A stretch of 64,000 nt of DNA from Fibrobacteria bacterium. Lineage in GTDB: Bacteria; Fibrobacterota; Fibrobacteria; UBA11236. A program made the position numbers and the translations under genes. The notes below the pieces were generated by a model that was given only the letters and a program-made list of their open reading frames with translations, did no database searches and had not been told where the DNA came from. This document shows positions 30,312 to 39,882 of this stretch, in pieces. The stretch spans positions 15,277-79,276 of the forward strand of contig JBJHDK010000002.1 in the NCBI GenBank assembly GCA_050486505.1. The letters run 5' to 3'. Position 1 is the first letter of the stretch. Every line of letters begins with the position of its first letter.

Positions 30312-31463
30312 GTGACCCGCACCGCCTTAAACCCGAACCTGACGCGCAGATGTCTGCCAGGACTGCTTGCCCTTGCAATCTCTCCCCTGTTGCGCGCATT
30401 GCTCCTGCCACTGCGCCGCCGCAGCCGTGAGGATGCTCCCGTTACCGTCTTCGCCAGCTACATGGTCGGCGACCTGTTCATGGCCTTGCCGGCGCTGAAG
30501 CGCATCGCGGCCGCGATCCCGGTGCGCGTACTCTGCCGCGCAGACTGCGTGAGCTTCCTTGAACGCGAAGGCATCCCTGCGGCGCCCTTCACCAACAGCT
30601 TCCGGATCCGCCCCACCGTTTCAACCTTCCTCGAAACCTGGCGTTCCGCATGGAGCCTCCGCGGCCACCTTGACGGCATCGCGCTGGACCTCGACGCGGA
30701 TCCCCGCACGGCATTCTGGTTGCGCATTGCCGGAGTCGCGCGCGTCGTTTCCTACCGCCGCGCCTACGGAATCCTGTTCGATGATGCGTTCGCCCTGCCT
30801 TCCGGCGCCGTGCACCAAGCCGACCGCGACATGGCGGTGGTGGAGGAGTTCTTGCGGAGGCACGTCCTGAACGGGAGACGGGCGACGGCAGACGGGAGAG
30901 CTCCCAGTATGGGCGACCTTCCCGGCCTTCGCCGGGGTGACGGGGTCGCCCTTACGGAGAGAGTGTATCACCCCCCTCCCCCGTCTCCCGCCTGGCTCCT
31001 CTCAGTCTGGACGCGCAAGCCCGCAAAAAACTGGCCGCTCCCGAGCTGGGAGGCATTCATGCAACGCCTTCAGGAAAAGGGGGTTCCCTTCGCGGTCATC
31101 GACGCCCCCGATGGAGACGCGGAGTTCCGGGCCTTCCGGGAGCGGTGGAACGGGCGGGTCGACTTTGCACGCGGAAGCCTCGTCGAAATCGCGGACAGAG
31201 TCCGCTCCTCCGCGGGCGTGATCGCCACCGACAACTTCCTCGGCCACATGGCCGGGTATTACGGGAAACCCGTCCTGTGGATCAACGTCTGCTCGCCCGC
31301 GGAACAGGTGGAACCGCGTGGCCCCCGAACAGTGCGCGTGCAGGCGAAGGATCCGCGACAAGCGAAGGAGCTGGATTCCGAAACGGTGTGGCGAACCTTC
31401 GAGGATCTTCGCGCAGGCGCACCTGCGGCGGCTTCAACGTCTTCCGCTACTCGGGCAAGCTGA
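30312..31463 (+). CDS. Glycosyltransferase family 9 (heptosyltransferase-like)
   Basis: MVGDLFMALPAL, HQAD, KNWP, IATDNFLGHMA. Confidence 0.8.
   Translation: MTRTALNPNLTRRCLPGLLALAISPLLRALLLPLRRRSREDAPVTVFASYMVGDLFMALPALKRIAAAIPVRVLCRADCVSFLEREGIPAAPFTNSFRIRPTVSTFLETWRSAWSLRGHLDGIALDLDADPRTAFWLRIAGVARVVSYRRAYGILFDDAFALPSGAVHQADRDMAVVEEFLRRHVLNGRRATADGRAPSMGDLPGLRRGDGVALTERVYHPPPPSPAWLLSVWTRKPAKNWPLPSWEAFMQRLQEKGVPFAVIDAPDGDAEFRAFRERWNGRVDFARGSLVEIADRVRSSAGVIATDNFLGHMAGYYGKPVLWINVCSPAEQVEPRGPRTVRVQAKDPRQAKELDSETVWRTFEDLRAGAPAAASTSSATRAS
30907..30955. repeat. 49-bp composite palindromic element inside the GT9 gene
   Basis: GTATGGGCGACC-TTCCCGGCCTTCGCCGGGGTGACGG-GGTCGCCCTTAC; its reverse complement matches 55733-55781 at 45 of 49 positions. 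Confidence 0.85.
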
Positions 31464-32943
31464 CTCCACCGGGAAGATCGAGGTGCTCCGTCGAGAGCAC
31501 CGTACCGGCCGGATCGATCAACACTCGCCAAACTTCCTCCACGCCGGCACGGATCTTCCGCAAGGTCACGTCGGCCCCCTGCGGGCCTGCGGAACCCTCG
31601 GTGCGGATCGTGTCTCCGTTGACGTAAGCCGCAACCGTGGACATCATCCCCTCGAAGGCCTGCCCGATAGGCAACGGAACCTCGGGAATGAAGGCCGAAA
31701 CCGTGCTCCGGACAGGACCCGTGCGCCAGTTGCGCGCGACGACGAAGTCGAGCAACTTGTGCTCGTCGATTTTCTCGGGAGCGCTTCCCAGCAACAACCG
31801 ATAACTTGCGCCGTATCGAACAAGGGAATCCCGATAGAAATACACCGTGTCGATCTGCATGCGCGCAGTGTCTCCTGCAAGGAGCAGGGCGCCATCTCCG
31901 GTTCCTTCGAAAGCAAAGGATGCCGTCGCACCATTCATGAGATGACGTTCTTCGTGCAGGCGCAGTTGCAGCAATGTGTCTCCGCCCTCCCCCGCGCCAC
32001 GGCGCATGCCGGCCCGCATGTTCAACGTCAGCCTGCGGACTCCCGTGGGCGCGGAACTCCCGCGGACAATCCGGAAGAGTTCAACGACCCCGGATCCGGT
32101 TTCATCCCACAGGCGACGATCCCAGTCCGCATCGCGGATGAGCGTCCATTCCAGGGTGTCCCCGCCCGCCGCCCGGCGGAGATGCTCGAACTCCTCGGGC
32201 ACCGCCCCGGGTTCCGCATAAGCGCCTTCGGGACCATGGATGCGCACGCGCTTGCGATCCGTGCCACCATCGGGAAGCGGAGTCACGGTGGTGAATGTCG
32301 CCTCATCGAAGGTTTCCGTACGGTTCGAATTGACAAGGCGGTACGTTCTTCGCGAACCGTTCGCCTCGATGAGTGCGCCGCGCACCTCGAGAGGCATCAG
32401 CCAGCGCTCCGGATCCGCCTGAATCGAGTCGAGAAGCGATGAGACGGGCGTGACCGAAAAACGGTCGCGGATGAAGACGACCAGCGTGTCGGACCGCGAA
32501 AGTCCAGGAAGCTCCTGCTGCGCATAGGCATGAAGGCGTCCGAAGAGCAGCGCTTCCTGAATGCGGGTTCCGCCCAGGTCCAGTTGCCAGAGCGAGAGAT
32601 CGATGGTGTCAAGGGTCGACTTCGCCAAGCCTCCGGCAGGGGGGGAGACCGTTGCGGCCATCAGGGATTTACCCAGCCCGGTCCCGGGCTGCGGCAGCTC
32701 GACCTGCAGGGAATCGAGCCCGTCGAGGTCGGGAGGTTCGGGCAATTCGAGATCCTGAAGCTGCTGCCACTGCGTCGCCGAGGCAACGTCGGTGACGGTG
32801 ACGCGGCCGAGGTTCTGCACGGTGTTCGGAAAGTCTTCTCCCCCGCCACCGCCGCTGAACAGGGAGCCCCCCTCCTCAAGAAGGCACGCCGAAAGCACGC
32901 AGGCCGATGCCACGGCCAACATGCTTCGGACGGGCGAAATCAT
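31447..32943 (-). CDS. Hypothetical lipoprotein
   Basis: Lipobox VLSAC followed by GGGGGEDFPN; ATGA overlap with the upstream gene. Confidence 0.8.
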   Translation of the reverse strand: MISPVRSMLAVASACVLSACLLEEGGSLFSGGGGGEDFPNTVQNLGRVTVTDVASATQWQQLQDLELPEPPDLDGLDSLQVELPQPGTGLGKSLMAATVSPPAGGLAKSTLDTIDLSLWQLDLGGTRIQEALLFGRLHAYAQQELPGLSRSDTLVVFIRDRFSVTPVSSLLDSIQADPERWLMPLEVRGALIEANGSRRTYRLVNSNRTETFDEATFTTVTPLPDGGTDRKRVRIHGPEGAYAEPGAVPEEFEHLRRAAGGDTLEWTLIRDADWDRRLWDETGSGVVELFRIVRGSSAPTGVRRLTLNMRAGMRRGAGEGGDTLLQLRLHEERHLMNGATASFAFEGTGDGALLLAGDTARMQIDTVYFYRDSLVRYGASYRLLLGSAPEKIDEHKLLDFVVARNWRTGPVRSTVSAFIPEVPLPIGQAFEGMMSTVAAYVNGDTIRTEGSAGPQGADVTLRKIRAGVEEVWRVLIDPAGTVLSTEHLDLPGGVSLPE

Positions 32944-33818
32944 GCCTTTCCCTTGCGCACCTTCACGCGTCGCGACTTGGGAAAGAGCTGGATCGAGAGC
33001 TGCAAGATCATTTCGGGATCGGTGTCCTTCTCAACGAGGTCCAACATCTCCTTGCGGAAACGTTCGGCAAGATCCATCAACTTAAGGCGCGTCTCCTCGC
33101 TGACCATCACGAGCAGGGTGGAGATATGCCGGTCTGCGGGGCCAAACTTAAATGGAACCTCGGACGCCTGCAAAATCCACTCCCGGTTCAGGCGCCGCAC
33201 CAGGGCCGACAGGGTCGGCGGGGGTTCGACAAATTTCTGGGTCACATGGTAGCGCCCCCCGCTCCCGCGGATGATGAGCCCCCAGACTTCAAGATCCTGG
33301 ACGTACTTGCGAACCAGCGCCGGCGCAAGAGGGGGCTCCAGGAACTTCCCCAGCATCTCGCAATCGCCACGAAAGTCGAATGCATTCACGGCACAGCGCA
33401 CCAATGCGTACCTGTAGTCCTGATAGTACTTGACCAACGAGGGACTGAACCGCGCGAAACGGCTGCGGTTACGGCGCTGCAGGATGTCCTTGTAGGCCCG
33501 TTGCCGCACGGAATCCTTCCTGGCCTGCCCGAACTCGACGAGAAGCAGCAGGAACTCCGTCTCCGCTTCATTGAGACCGAAGACGGGTGCCATCTTGAGA
33601 GCCTGGTTCCGGCTCAACGTACGCTTGCCGATGATGACGTCCAGGAGGTACCCGGGGTTCGTGATCCCCGCCTCACGGGCGAACTTGCGGTGAGACCAGG
33701 ATGGATCCTCCGCCTTCAGGCCTTCGAATGCGGCCTTCAGGTACGCCCTGAAATCGTCATACTGGTAGACGTTCGGGCGTTCAGGAATTTTCGGTCCAGC
33801 TTCCATTCGGTCGCTCAC
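32940..33818 (-). CDS. TIGR02147 / DUF4423 family protein (N-terminal HTH)
   Basis: VYQYDDFRAYLK...SHRKFAREAG...YLLDVIIGKRTLS...F..LVEFGQA; C-terminal LQLSIQLFP. Confidence 0.85.
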   Translation of the reverse strand: MSDRMEAGPKIPERPNVYQYDDFRAYLKAAFEGLKAEDPSWSHRKFAREAGITNPGYLLDVIIGKRTLSRNQALKMAPVFGLNEAETEFLLLLVEFGQARKDSVRQRAYKDILQRRNRSRFARFSPSLVKYYQDYRYALVRCAVNAFDFRGDCEMLGKFLEPPLAPALVRKYVQDLEVWGLIIRGSGGRYHVTQKFVEPPPTLSALVRRLNREWILQASEVPFKFGPADRHISTLLVMVSEETRLKLMDLAERFRKEMLDLVEKDTDPEMILQLSIQLFPKSRRVKVRKGKA

Positions 33819-33821
33819 AGG

Positions 33822-33861
33822 AAAAAAACAGAACCCGCCGCCCCTTCAGGACGACGGGTTC
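33822..33861 (-). terminator. Terminator-like hairpin directly upstream of the TIGR02147 gene
   Basis: Minus strand GAACCCGTCGTCC-TGAAG-GGGCGGCGGGTTC-TGTTTTTTT. Confidence 0.65.
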
Positions 33862-34243
33862 GTGGGGCCGGAAGCACGGGCTTCCGGCCCCGGTTCAGGC
33901 GCACTCCCAGGCCCCCGCCCGGTTGCGCGCCTCCTCTCCCCCTTCGATCCTGTCTGCAAGAAAACCGGACACCCGGGGACGGTCGGTAATTTCACGTGAC
34001 GAATGTACCGTGGTGCTCCAGACGTTGCAACATCATTTTGATGGCAAGATAACAATCAACGTTCATTTTATGGCGATTATTGGATTTAAATGCAGTTATT
34101 TCTCCTTTTCATATCGTTTTGGATTCGATTATTCGATAACATTATGCGGTCGACAAGTCCTTGTGCCCGCTTTTTCTGCGGAATTGCCGGGGATGCGGAA
34201 AACGGCTAGATAGTTCGAACACCCGAAACTCAAGGAGTAACCC

Positions 34244-34711
34244 ATGGAAATGGATATCGGATTGGCCAAAAAAGACCGCCAAAAGATTGCAACGGGGCTG
34301 TCGCGCGTTCTGGCGGACAGCTATACCCTCTATCTCAAAACGCACAATTTCCATTGGAATGTGACCGGGCCGATGTTCCAGACTCTCCATCTGATGTTCG
34401 AGACGCATTATACCGAACTTGCCGTGGCGGTGGACGACATCGCGGAGCGCATTCGCGCCTTGGGGCACCCCGCACCCGGAACCTACAAGGCGTTCGAAAA
34501 ACTCTCTTCGATTCCGATGGAGGACGGCGTACCGAAGGCGACTGACATGATCCGCTCGCTGGTCAAGGGCCACGAGGCTGTGGCAAAAACCGCCCGCACC
34601 GCCTTCGTTGACGCGGATGCCGCTGGCGACGAGCCCACGGCCGACCTCCTGACCCAACGCATGCAGGTGCATGAGAAGACCGCGTGGATGCTCCGCAGCC
34701 TGCTGGAATAA
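34244..34711 (+). CDS. dps: Dps family ferritin-like protein, copy 1
   Basis: [51 protein letters not shown]. Confidence 0.96.
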   Translation: MEMDIGLAKKDRQKIATGLSRVLADSYTLYLKTHNFHWNVTGPMFQTLHLMFETHYTELAVAVDDIAERIRALGHPAPGTYKAFEKLSSIPMEDGVPKATDMIRSLVKGHEAVAKTARTAFVDADAAGDEPTADLLTQRMQVHEKTAWMLRSLLE

Positions 34712-34854
34712 TTACGAATTAAGAATTACGAATTTAACGCAGATGTCGCTGCCGCATGAAGAGTCCGTGCGCCATGCAAACGTGAATCGCCGAAGTCCGA
34801 GTTCAAGACGCCGCCCTTCATTCGTAATTCGTAATTCGTAATTCTTAATTCTTA
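34710..34854. repeat. Inverted pair of heptamer tandem arrays
   Basis: AATTACG/AATTAAG x3 at 34710-34735 and ATTCGTA/ATTCTTA x5 at 34820-34854, between convergent genes. Confidence 0.85.
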
Positions 34855-36294
34855 TCGCCTGCGAATCTTCTCAATGATCCCGGTGGTCGAAAGCCCCGGG
34901 ATTTTTTCGACCACGTGAATGCGGCCGCCATGGCTGCGCACGAGCGGCGCCTCGATGCAGTCGGTACCGTACTCGGAGCCGTTCACGTGCACGTCGGGCC
35001 TGACTTCGTCGAGAAACGGCATCGGCTCCTCCTCGTCGAAGACATGCACATAGTCCACGCAGCGCAAGGCGAGCAGCATGCGCGCCCGTTCCGCCTCGGG
35101 CACAAGCGGGCGATCCGCCGACTTGTAGCGCTTCACTGAGGCGTCGCTGTTGAGACCGACGATCAGCACGTCACCCTGACGCTTCGCTTCTTCAAGGATG
35201 TGAAGGTGTCCCGCGTGCAGCAGGTCGAAGGATCCGTTCACGGTCACGATGCGCTTCGCCTGCTTGCGCAGCAGCATCGCAAGCGCAGCCAGGCCCGCAC
35301 GCTCGACCAGCCGGGTTCCGTTCAATGAATCCTGCAGCAACTCCTCGCGGGTGACGGTCGCGGTTCCCAGTTTTCCGACCACGATCCCTGCTGCGCGGTT
35401 CGCAAATTCTGCGGCGTCGCGGATCGATAACTTCGCGGAAATTCCGAGGACGAACGCCGCAGCGACCGTGTCCCCGGCCCCCGAGACATCGAAGATCTCC
35501 CGCGCCGATGTCGGCAGGCGAAAGCTTTCGCCGGAATCCCGGTCGAAGAATGCAAGGCCTTCGGGCCCCAAGGTCAATAACACGTGCGACGCGAACCGCT
35601 TTCGGAGGGCATCCCCTGCCGCCGACACCTTTTCGGGGGATGCTTCGCAGGCATCCCACCCCAGAAGCCCGAGCGACTCCTTCCAGTTGGGCGTCACGTA
35701 GTCGACTCCCCGATAGCGCGAACCATGCTGCGGACGCGGATCGACCAGCACCGGAATGCCGGCGCCCCGCGCGACCTCGAGGATTGCACGCGCGAGTTCT
35801 TCCGTGAAGACCCCCTTGGCATAGTCGGAGACCACGATCGCGCGCGCATCCGACAGGTGGCGGCGCGCGGACGCCAGGATCGCACCTGCCAGTTCCGATG
35901 AAATTTCCGTCGTGTCCTCGCGGTCGAGGCGAAGCAATTGCTGTCGCTGCCCGACCAGCCGTGTTTTGGTCAACGTCGGCCGGCCATCATCGAAGGCCTC
36001 CAGCCCGATGTTCGAGGCCGCGCACAACGCATCGAAAGTGATCCCGGCAACGTCACGTGCATTTCGCAGGGTGAAAAGCACTGGTTCCCCGCCCAAGGAC
36101 GCGATGTTCGCGGCCGTGTTCGCGGCACCCCCCAGTACCTGCCGGGTCTTCCCGGGGTCAACCCGCAAGATGGGAACAGGGGCCTCCGGAGAAAGACGCG
36201 AGCAGTCGCCGGTGAGATATTCATCCACCATGCTGTCGCCCAGCACAAGAATTTTCGCTCCCCTGATGCGGGTCAGCGCGTCGCGCATGTCCAT
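34852..36294 (-). CDS. hldE: Bifunctional heptose-7-phosphate kinase / heptose-1-phosphate adenylyltransferase
   Basis: RLSPEAPVP, GGAANTAANI, SDYAKG, DVSGAGDTV, NGSFDLLHAGH, VGLNSDASV. Confidence 0.94.
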   Translation of the reverse strand: MDMRDALTRIRGAKILVLGDSMVDEYLTGDCSRLSPEAPVPILRVDPGKTRQVLGGAANTAANIASLGGEPVLFTLRNARDVAGITFDALCAASNIGLEAFDDGRPTLTKTRLVGQRQQLLRLDREDTTEISSELAGAILASARRHLSDARAIVVSDYAKGVFTEELARAILEVARGAGIPVLVDPRPQHGSRYRGVDYVTPNWKESLGLLGWDACEASPEKVSAAGDALRKRFASHVLLTLGPEGLAFFDRDSGESFRLPTSAREIFDVSGAGDTVAAAFVLGISAKLSIRDAAEFANRAAGIVVGKLGTATVTREELLQDSLNGTRLVERAGLAALAMLLRKQAKRIVTVNGSFDLLHAGHLHILEEAKRQGDVLIVGLNSDASVKRYKSADRPLVPEAERARMLLALRCVDYVHVFDEEEPMPFLDEVRPDVHVNGSEYGTDCIEAPLVRSHGGRIHVVEKIPGLSTTGIIEKIRRR

Positions 36295-36373
36295 GGGGGT
36301 CAATTCTATGAAAATTCGAAGCGCCGGACCCCACGAACCGCGATGTTTCGGCTGTAACTACATTCCGCCGACG

Positions 36374-36847
36374 ATGTTGCGGATGAACCATCGCTTGCGT
36401 GCCGGCGGAGTTGCGTGGGGAATTTGCCTCCTCTACGTGCTTTTCCTGTTCGCGCCGCGCTTCGAGCTGTTCTCCCACGTCCATGAGCATGGGGATCGCC
36501 CCCATCATCACGGTTTCCTGAGCGCGCACGACGCGGTCTTGCAACAAACCGTGCGCGCCCTCGGGGAGGCACCTGCACCGAAGGGTTCTTCCGGGGCGGG
36601 ATCCGCCTCCGCAAACGCCCTCCTGCCCCTCGAGGCGGGCGTCGCCGGAGTGGCCCCCCAAAAGGGCATCGTGCATTCCCACTACCAGGAAGACCCCAAT
36701 CTTCTGGGGCTGGGAAGCGATCCCTCCCGGATTCCGGAGGCGCGGGTGTTCCCGCCCGCCGTTCCGCCGGCGGAGCGCCCTGCCGCCACCGCGCATGTCG
36801 CGGCCACGGCGCGCGCGCCACCGTCCCCCGCTGCCGCGGTCGCCTGA
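36374..36847 (+). CDS. His-rich membrane-targeted leader protein with C-terminal RAPP motif (DUF2946/CruR-like architecture)
   Basis: Hydrophobic N-terminus, HVHEHGDRPHHH, HSH, Pro/Ala-rich linker, ARAPP seven codons before the stop. Confidence 0.75.
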   Translation: MLRMNHRLRAGGVAWGICLLYVLFLFAPRFELFSHVHEHGDRPHHHGFLSAHDAVLQQTVRALGEAPAPKGSSGAGSASANALLPLEAGVAGVAPQKGIVHSHYQEDPNLLGLGSDPSRIPEARVFPPAVPPAERPAATAHVAATARAPPSPAAAVA

Positions 36848-36923
36848 CGACCTCGAGCGACGTCCCGAACGCGCCTCCGATCGGAGTACGCGTGACCCAT
36901 GCCATCCTTCCAGGAGAACCGAG

Positions 36924-37694
36924 ATGCCCCTCTCGATCCGCAGGCCCGTCCTGTTCCATCGCTTCGTGCCCTTCGCCGCGGCTTGGGCGCTCGCCCTCGC
37001 GGGCTGCGCCACCGATGCCGACGTGCGTCCGCGCAACGGAGTCATCGACTTCCACATCGCCGCGGGAAACGCCGGTTTCACCACCCGCCTCGGTGCGGAT
37101 TCCCTCGTCTGGAACCTCGACGCCGCCCTCGCCACCGTGGGCGAAATCGGCATCCACTGGGAACGGCTTCTCGCCAAGCCGGCGCACGACGTCCCCGGAG
37201 GCAGGCCTTCGCCCAAGATCTACGAGTATTTCGCCGTTGATTTGTTGCGGACACAGGCATTGCAAACCATCGCGGTCCCCGCGGCGATCTACGACCACGT
37301 CCACATGATTTTCCGGCCGGCGAGTGAAACAACCCGCGGCATCGACTCGCTGCCGGCCTTGCTGGGGCACAGCCTGTATTTCTCGGGAACCGTCACGGAT
37401 GGAATCGACACATTGCCGTTCCGCGTCGAAATCGACAGCACGTATCGCGAGAACGACCTCGGGGATGCCGTCTTCAGCCTCCAGGTCCTTGCGGACCAAC
37501 GCTATCGCATGTTCCTGGCTCCGGAGCTGGATCTCTGGTTCTCCGGAATCCTGCGCGGCGACCTTGTGCCCACGGCGGGGGACACCGTCGTCATCCGCCA
37601 CGACAACGCAAACCGGCCCGCCGCGCTCAAGCTCGAAACCCGTTACACCCTGGACAACGCCTTCGGCGTGATGGTGGAAGCGCATGCGCCTTGA
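36924..37694 (+). CDS. Hypothetical lipoprotein (possibly DUF4382-like)
   Basis: AGGAG RBS, lipobox LAGC; FAVDLL motif shared with 39883-40764. Confidence 0.78.
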   Translation: MPLSIRRPVLFHRFVPFAAAWALALAGCATDADVRPRNGVIDFHIAAGNAGFTTRLGADSLVWNLDAALATVGEIGIHWERLLAKPAHDVPGGRPSPKIYEYFAVDLLRTQALQTIAVPAAIYDHVHMIFRPASETTRGIDSLPALLGHSLYFSGTVTDGIDTLPFRVEIDSTYRENDLGDAVFSLQVLADQRYRMFLAPELDLWFSGILRGDLVPTAGDTVVIRHDNANRPAALKLETRYTLDNAFGVMVEAHAP

Positions 37695-39807
37695 CCTCGC
37701 ATGCTTCCGGGACGTCTTCGAGCGCCTGACCCTCGCCGTGGGATTCCTCGCCATCTCTGCGATGGCGGCGGGAGCACACCCATCCGCAGCAGCGGAAGAT
37801 ACCACCGGTGCCGACCTGGAATTCGAACCGCATACGGTGACCGGCCGGGAACGCGACACCACGGCATCAAGGCCCTACCGGACACGCGTCACGGATCGCG
37901 GGGATCTGGATCGCGCTGTTTCCAACAACATCCTCGACGTGCTCGACCGGCAACCCGGACTCTTCAAGCAAATCGACTGTTCCGTCTGCAACACCGCGCA
38001 GATCCGGCTGCTGGGGTTGAACGGAGCCTACACCCAGGTGCTCGTCGACGGCGTCCCGTCCCATACCGGGCTCTCCATGATCCACGGCATCGAGCAAATT
38101 CCCCTCGCCAACATCGAACGCATCGAGGTAATCCAGGGCGTGGGCAGCGTGCGGCACGGCGGCAACGCCGTCGCGGGCATCATCAACATCGTCACCGCCC
38201 GACCCGGCCCGGTGCCCGAGGCCAACGTCTCCGTGCGGTACGGCGACTCCAACGAGCAGGACTACCAGGCATCCTATTCGGGTATGCATGGCGGCAAGGG
38301 CGTGCAGTTTTCCTTCGCCAAGCACTCGAGCCCGCAAATCAATTCCGACGGCAACCACGTGTACGATGTCGCGGAATTCGACCGCTCCACCTTCTCGGGG
38401 CGGTTGTCCGTGCCTTTGGGAAGCCGGGTTTCCCTCTTCTACGCCTTTCAGGCGGGAAGCGAGGAACGATTCGGGGGGACCGTGTCCAGTTCACGCCGCT
38501 GGATAGGGGACTTTCAACCCGAGTCCACCTTCACCGACGGGTTCGGCCAGACCGTGACGCAGCCATTGATTTATCAGGAGTACGTGCAAAGCCGCCGCGT
38601 GAGCTACGAGACCGGATACACCGCGCATCTTGATGGCGGACTCGTGCAAAGTTCCCGCATCAACTTCACCGAGCACTACCAGAACGGGTATTACGGTTAT
38701 CAACACTTGGAAGCCAAGCAGCGCCTGTTGTTCGTTGAGAACGATTGGACCTGGTACCGGCCCCGGCACGAAATTTCCCTGGGTGCATCCTACCAGGACG
38801 ATTCCTTCCGCGACAACCGCTCGCTCGGAAATCACTCCCACCGCGTGCCCGCGCTCTATGCACAGGACATCTGGAATCCCGCAGACGATTGGCGCGTGCT
38901 GGCGGGCGTCCGCGGCGATTTCCACAACGTGCATGGGCTGCTGTTTTCTCCGCGCGCGGGCCTCCACTACGGAGGCATCCCCGAGCTCGGCTTGCGCATC
39001 AACGCGGGCGCAGGCTTCCGCACCTTCAACCTCTTCAGCGAGGATCACGCCGCCGTCACCACTGCGCTCTACGTTCCGGACCCACTGGACGGACTCGATG
39101 CCGAGCGCTCTTGGTCGGTCGTGACGGGAGCGGAATGGTTCCCCCTCGCCCGCACAAACACCTTGTGGAACGTCGTGCTTGATGCCTCCGCTTACCAGAC
39201 CTGGATCACCGGGTTCATCCAGCCGCGCTACCTGCCGGAGTTCACCGTGGATGGACGACAGCGCGTGCGCTACGAGAATCTTGACGGCCGCACCGTCGCG
39301 CGCGGCCTGCAGCTGACCGGGGAATTGACGTCTCCGTTCGGCCTGGAGTTCGACGGGGGAATCAACCTGCTCGACAATTACAACACGCGAAGCGGGGAAC
39401 AGACGCGACTTTACAACACGCCGCGCCACACGGCTTCACTGGCCGCATCGCAAACCTTCGCGCGCACGGGTACGACCCTGCTGGCCGATGCAGCGCATGT
39501 CGGTCCGCAACGACTGCGCGAAGTACGCTTCGGCCCTCCGCCGGAGAGCGGGCCCGACGACGGCCTCGTGCAACCGGAGCGCGAGTCGGAATCCTATCGG
39601 ATTTTCAATGCCGGAATCGAGCAACGATTGGGAGCCTTCGTGGCCTCGCTCTCGGTGCGCAACATCGGGGATTTTTACCAGGCCCGGCGCGAACCCGTGT
39701 TTTACTCACACGAATACAACGTCATCACCAACTCCGTATTCGCCCCCCTCAAGGGGCGATCCATCCACCTTGGAATACGCGGCCGGTTTCAGGCCGGAAA
39801 CTTTTAG
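37684..39807 (+). CDS. TonB-dependent receptor with CxxC in the plug domain
   Basis: QPGLFKQIDCSVCNTAQIRLLGLNGAYTQVLVDG, IERIEVIQG..S..HGGNAVAGIINIVT, PRAG, VRNI, GRSIHLGIRGRF. Confidence 0.93.
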   Translation: MRLDLACFRDVFERLTLAVGFLAISAMAAGAHPSAAAEDTTGADLEFEPHTVTGRERDTTASRPYRTRVTDRGDLDRAVSNNILDVLDRQPGLFKQIDCSVCNTAQIRLLGLNGAYTQVLVDGVPSHTGLSMIHGIEQIPLANIERIEVIQGVGSVRHGGNAVAGIINIVTARPGPVPEANVSVRYGDSNEQDYQASYSGMHGGKGVQFSFAKHSSPQINSDGNHVYDVAEFDRSTFSGRLSVPLGSRVSLFYAFQAGSEERFGGTVSSSRRWIGDFQPESTFTDGFGQTVTQPLIYQEYVQSRRVSYETGYTAHLDGGLVQSSRINFTEHYQNGYYGYQHLEAKQRLLFVENDWTWYRPRHEISLGASYQDDSFRDNRSLGNHSHRVPALYAQDIWNPADDWRVLAGVRGDFHNVHGLLFSPRAGLHYGGIPELGLRINAGAGFRTFNLFSEDHAAVTTALYVPDPLDGLDAERSWSVVTGAEWFPLARTNTLWNVVLDASAYQTWITGFIQPRYLPEFTVDGRQRVRYENLDGRTVARGLQLTGELTSPFGLEFDGGINLLDNYNTRSGEQTRLYNTPRHTASLAASQTFARTGTTLLADAAHVGPQRLREVRFGPPPESGPDDGLVQPERESESYRIFNAGIEQRLGAFVASLSVRNIGDFYQARREPVFYSHEYNVITNSVFAPLKGRSIHLGIRGRFQAGNF

Positions 39808-39882
39808 CGACACCCCTGTTCACCCCACCCGAAAGGACAACCCGTGACAGACGCGCATCCAACCCGAACGAAAGGGAAAGAC

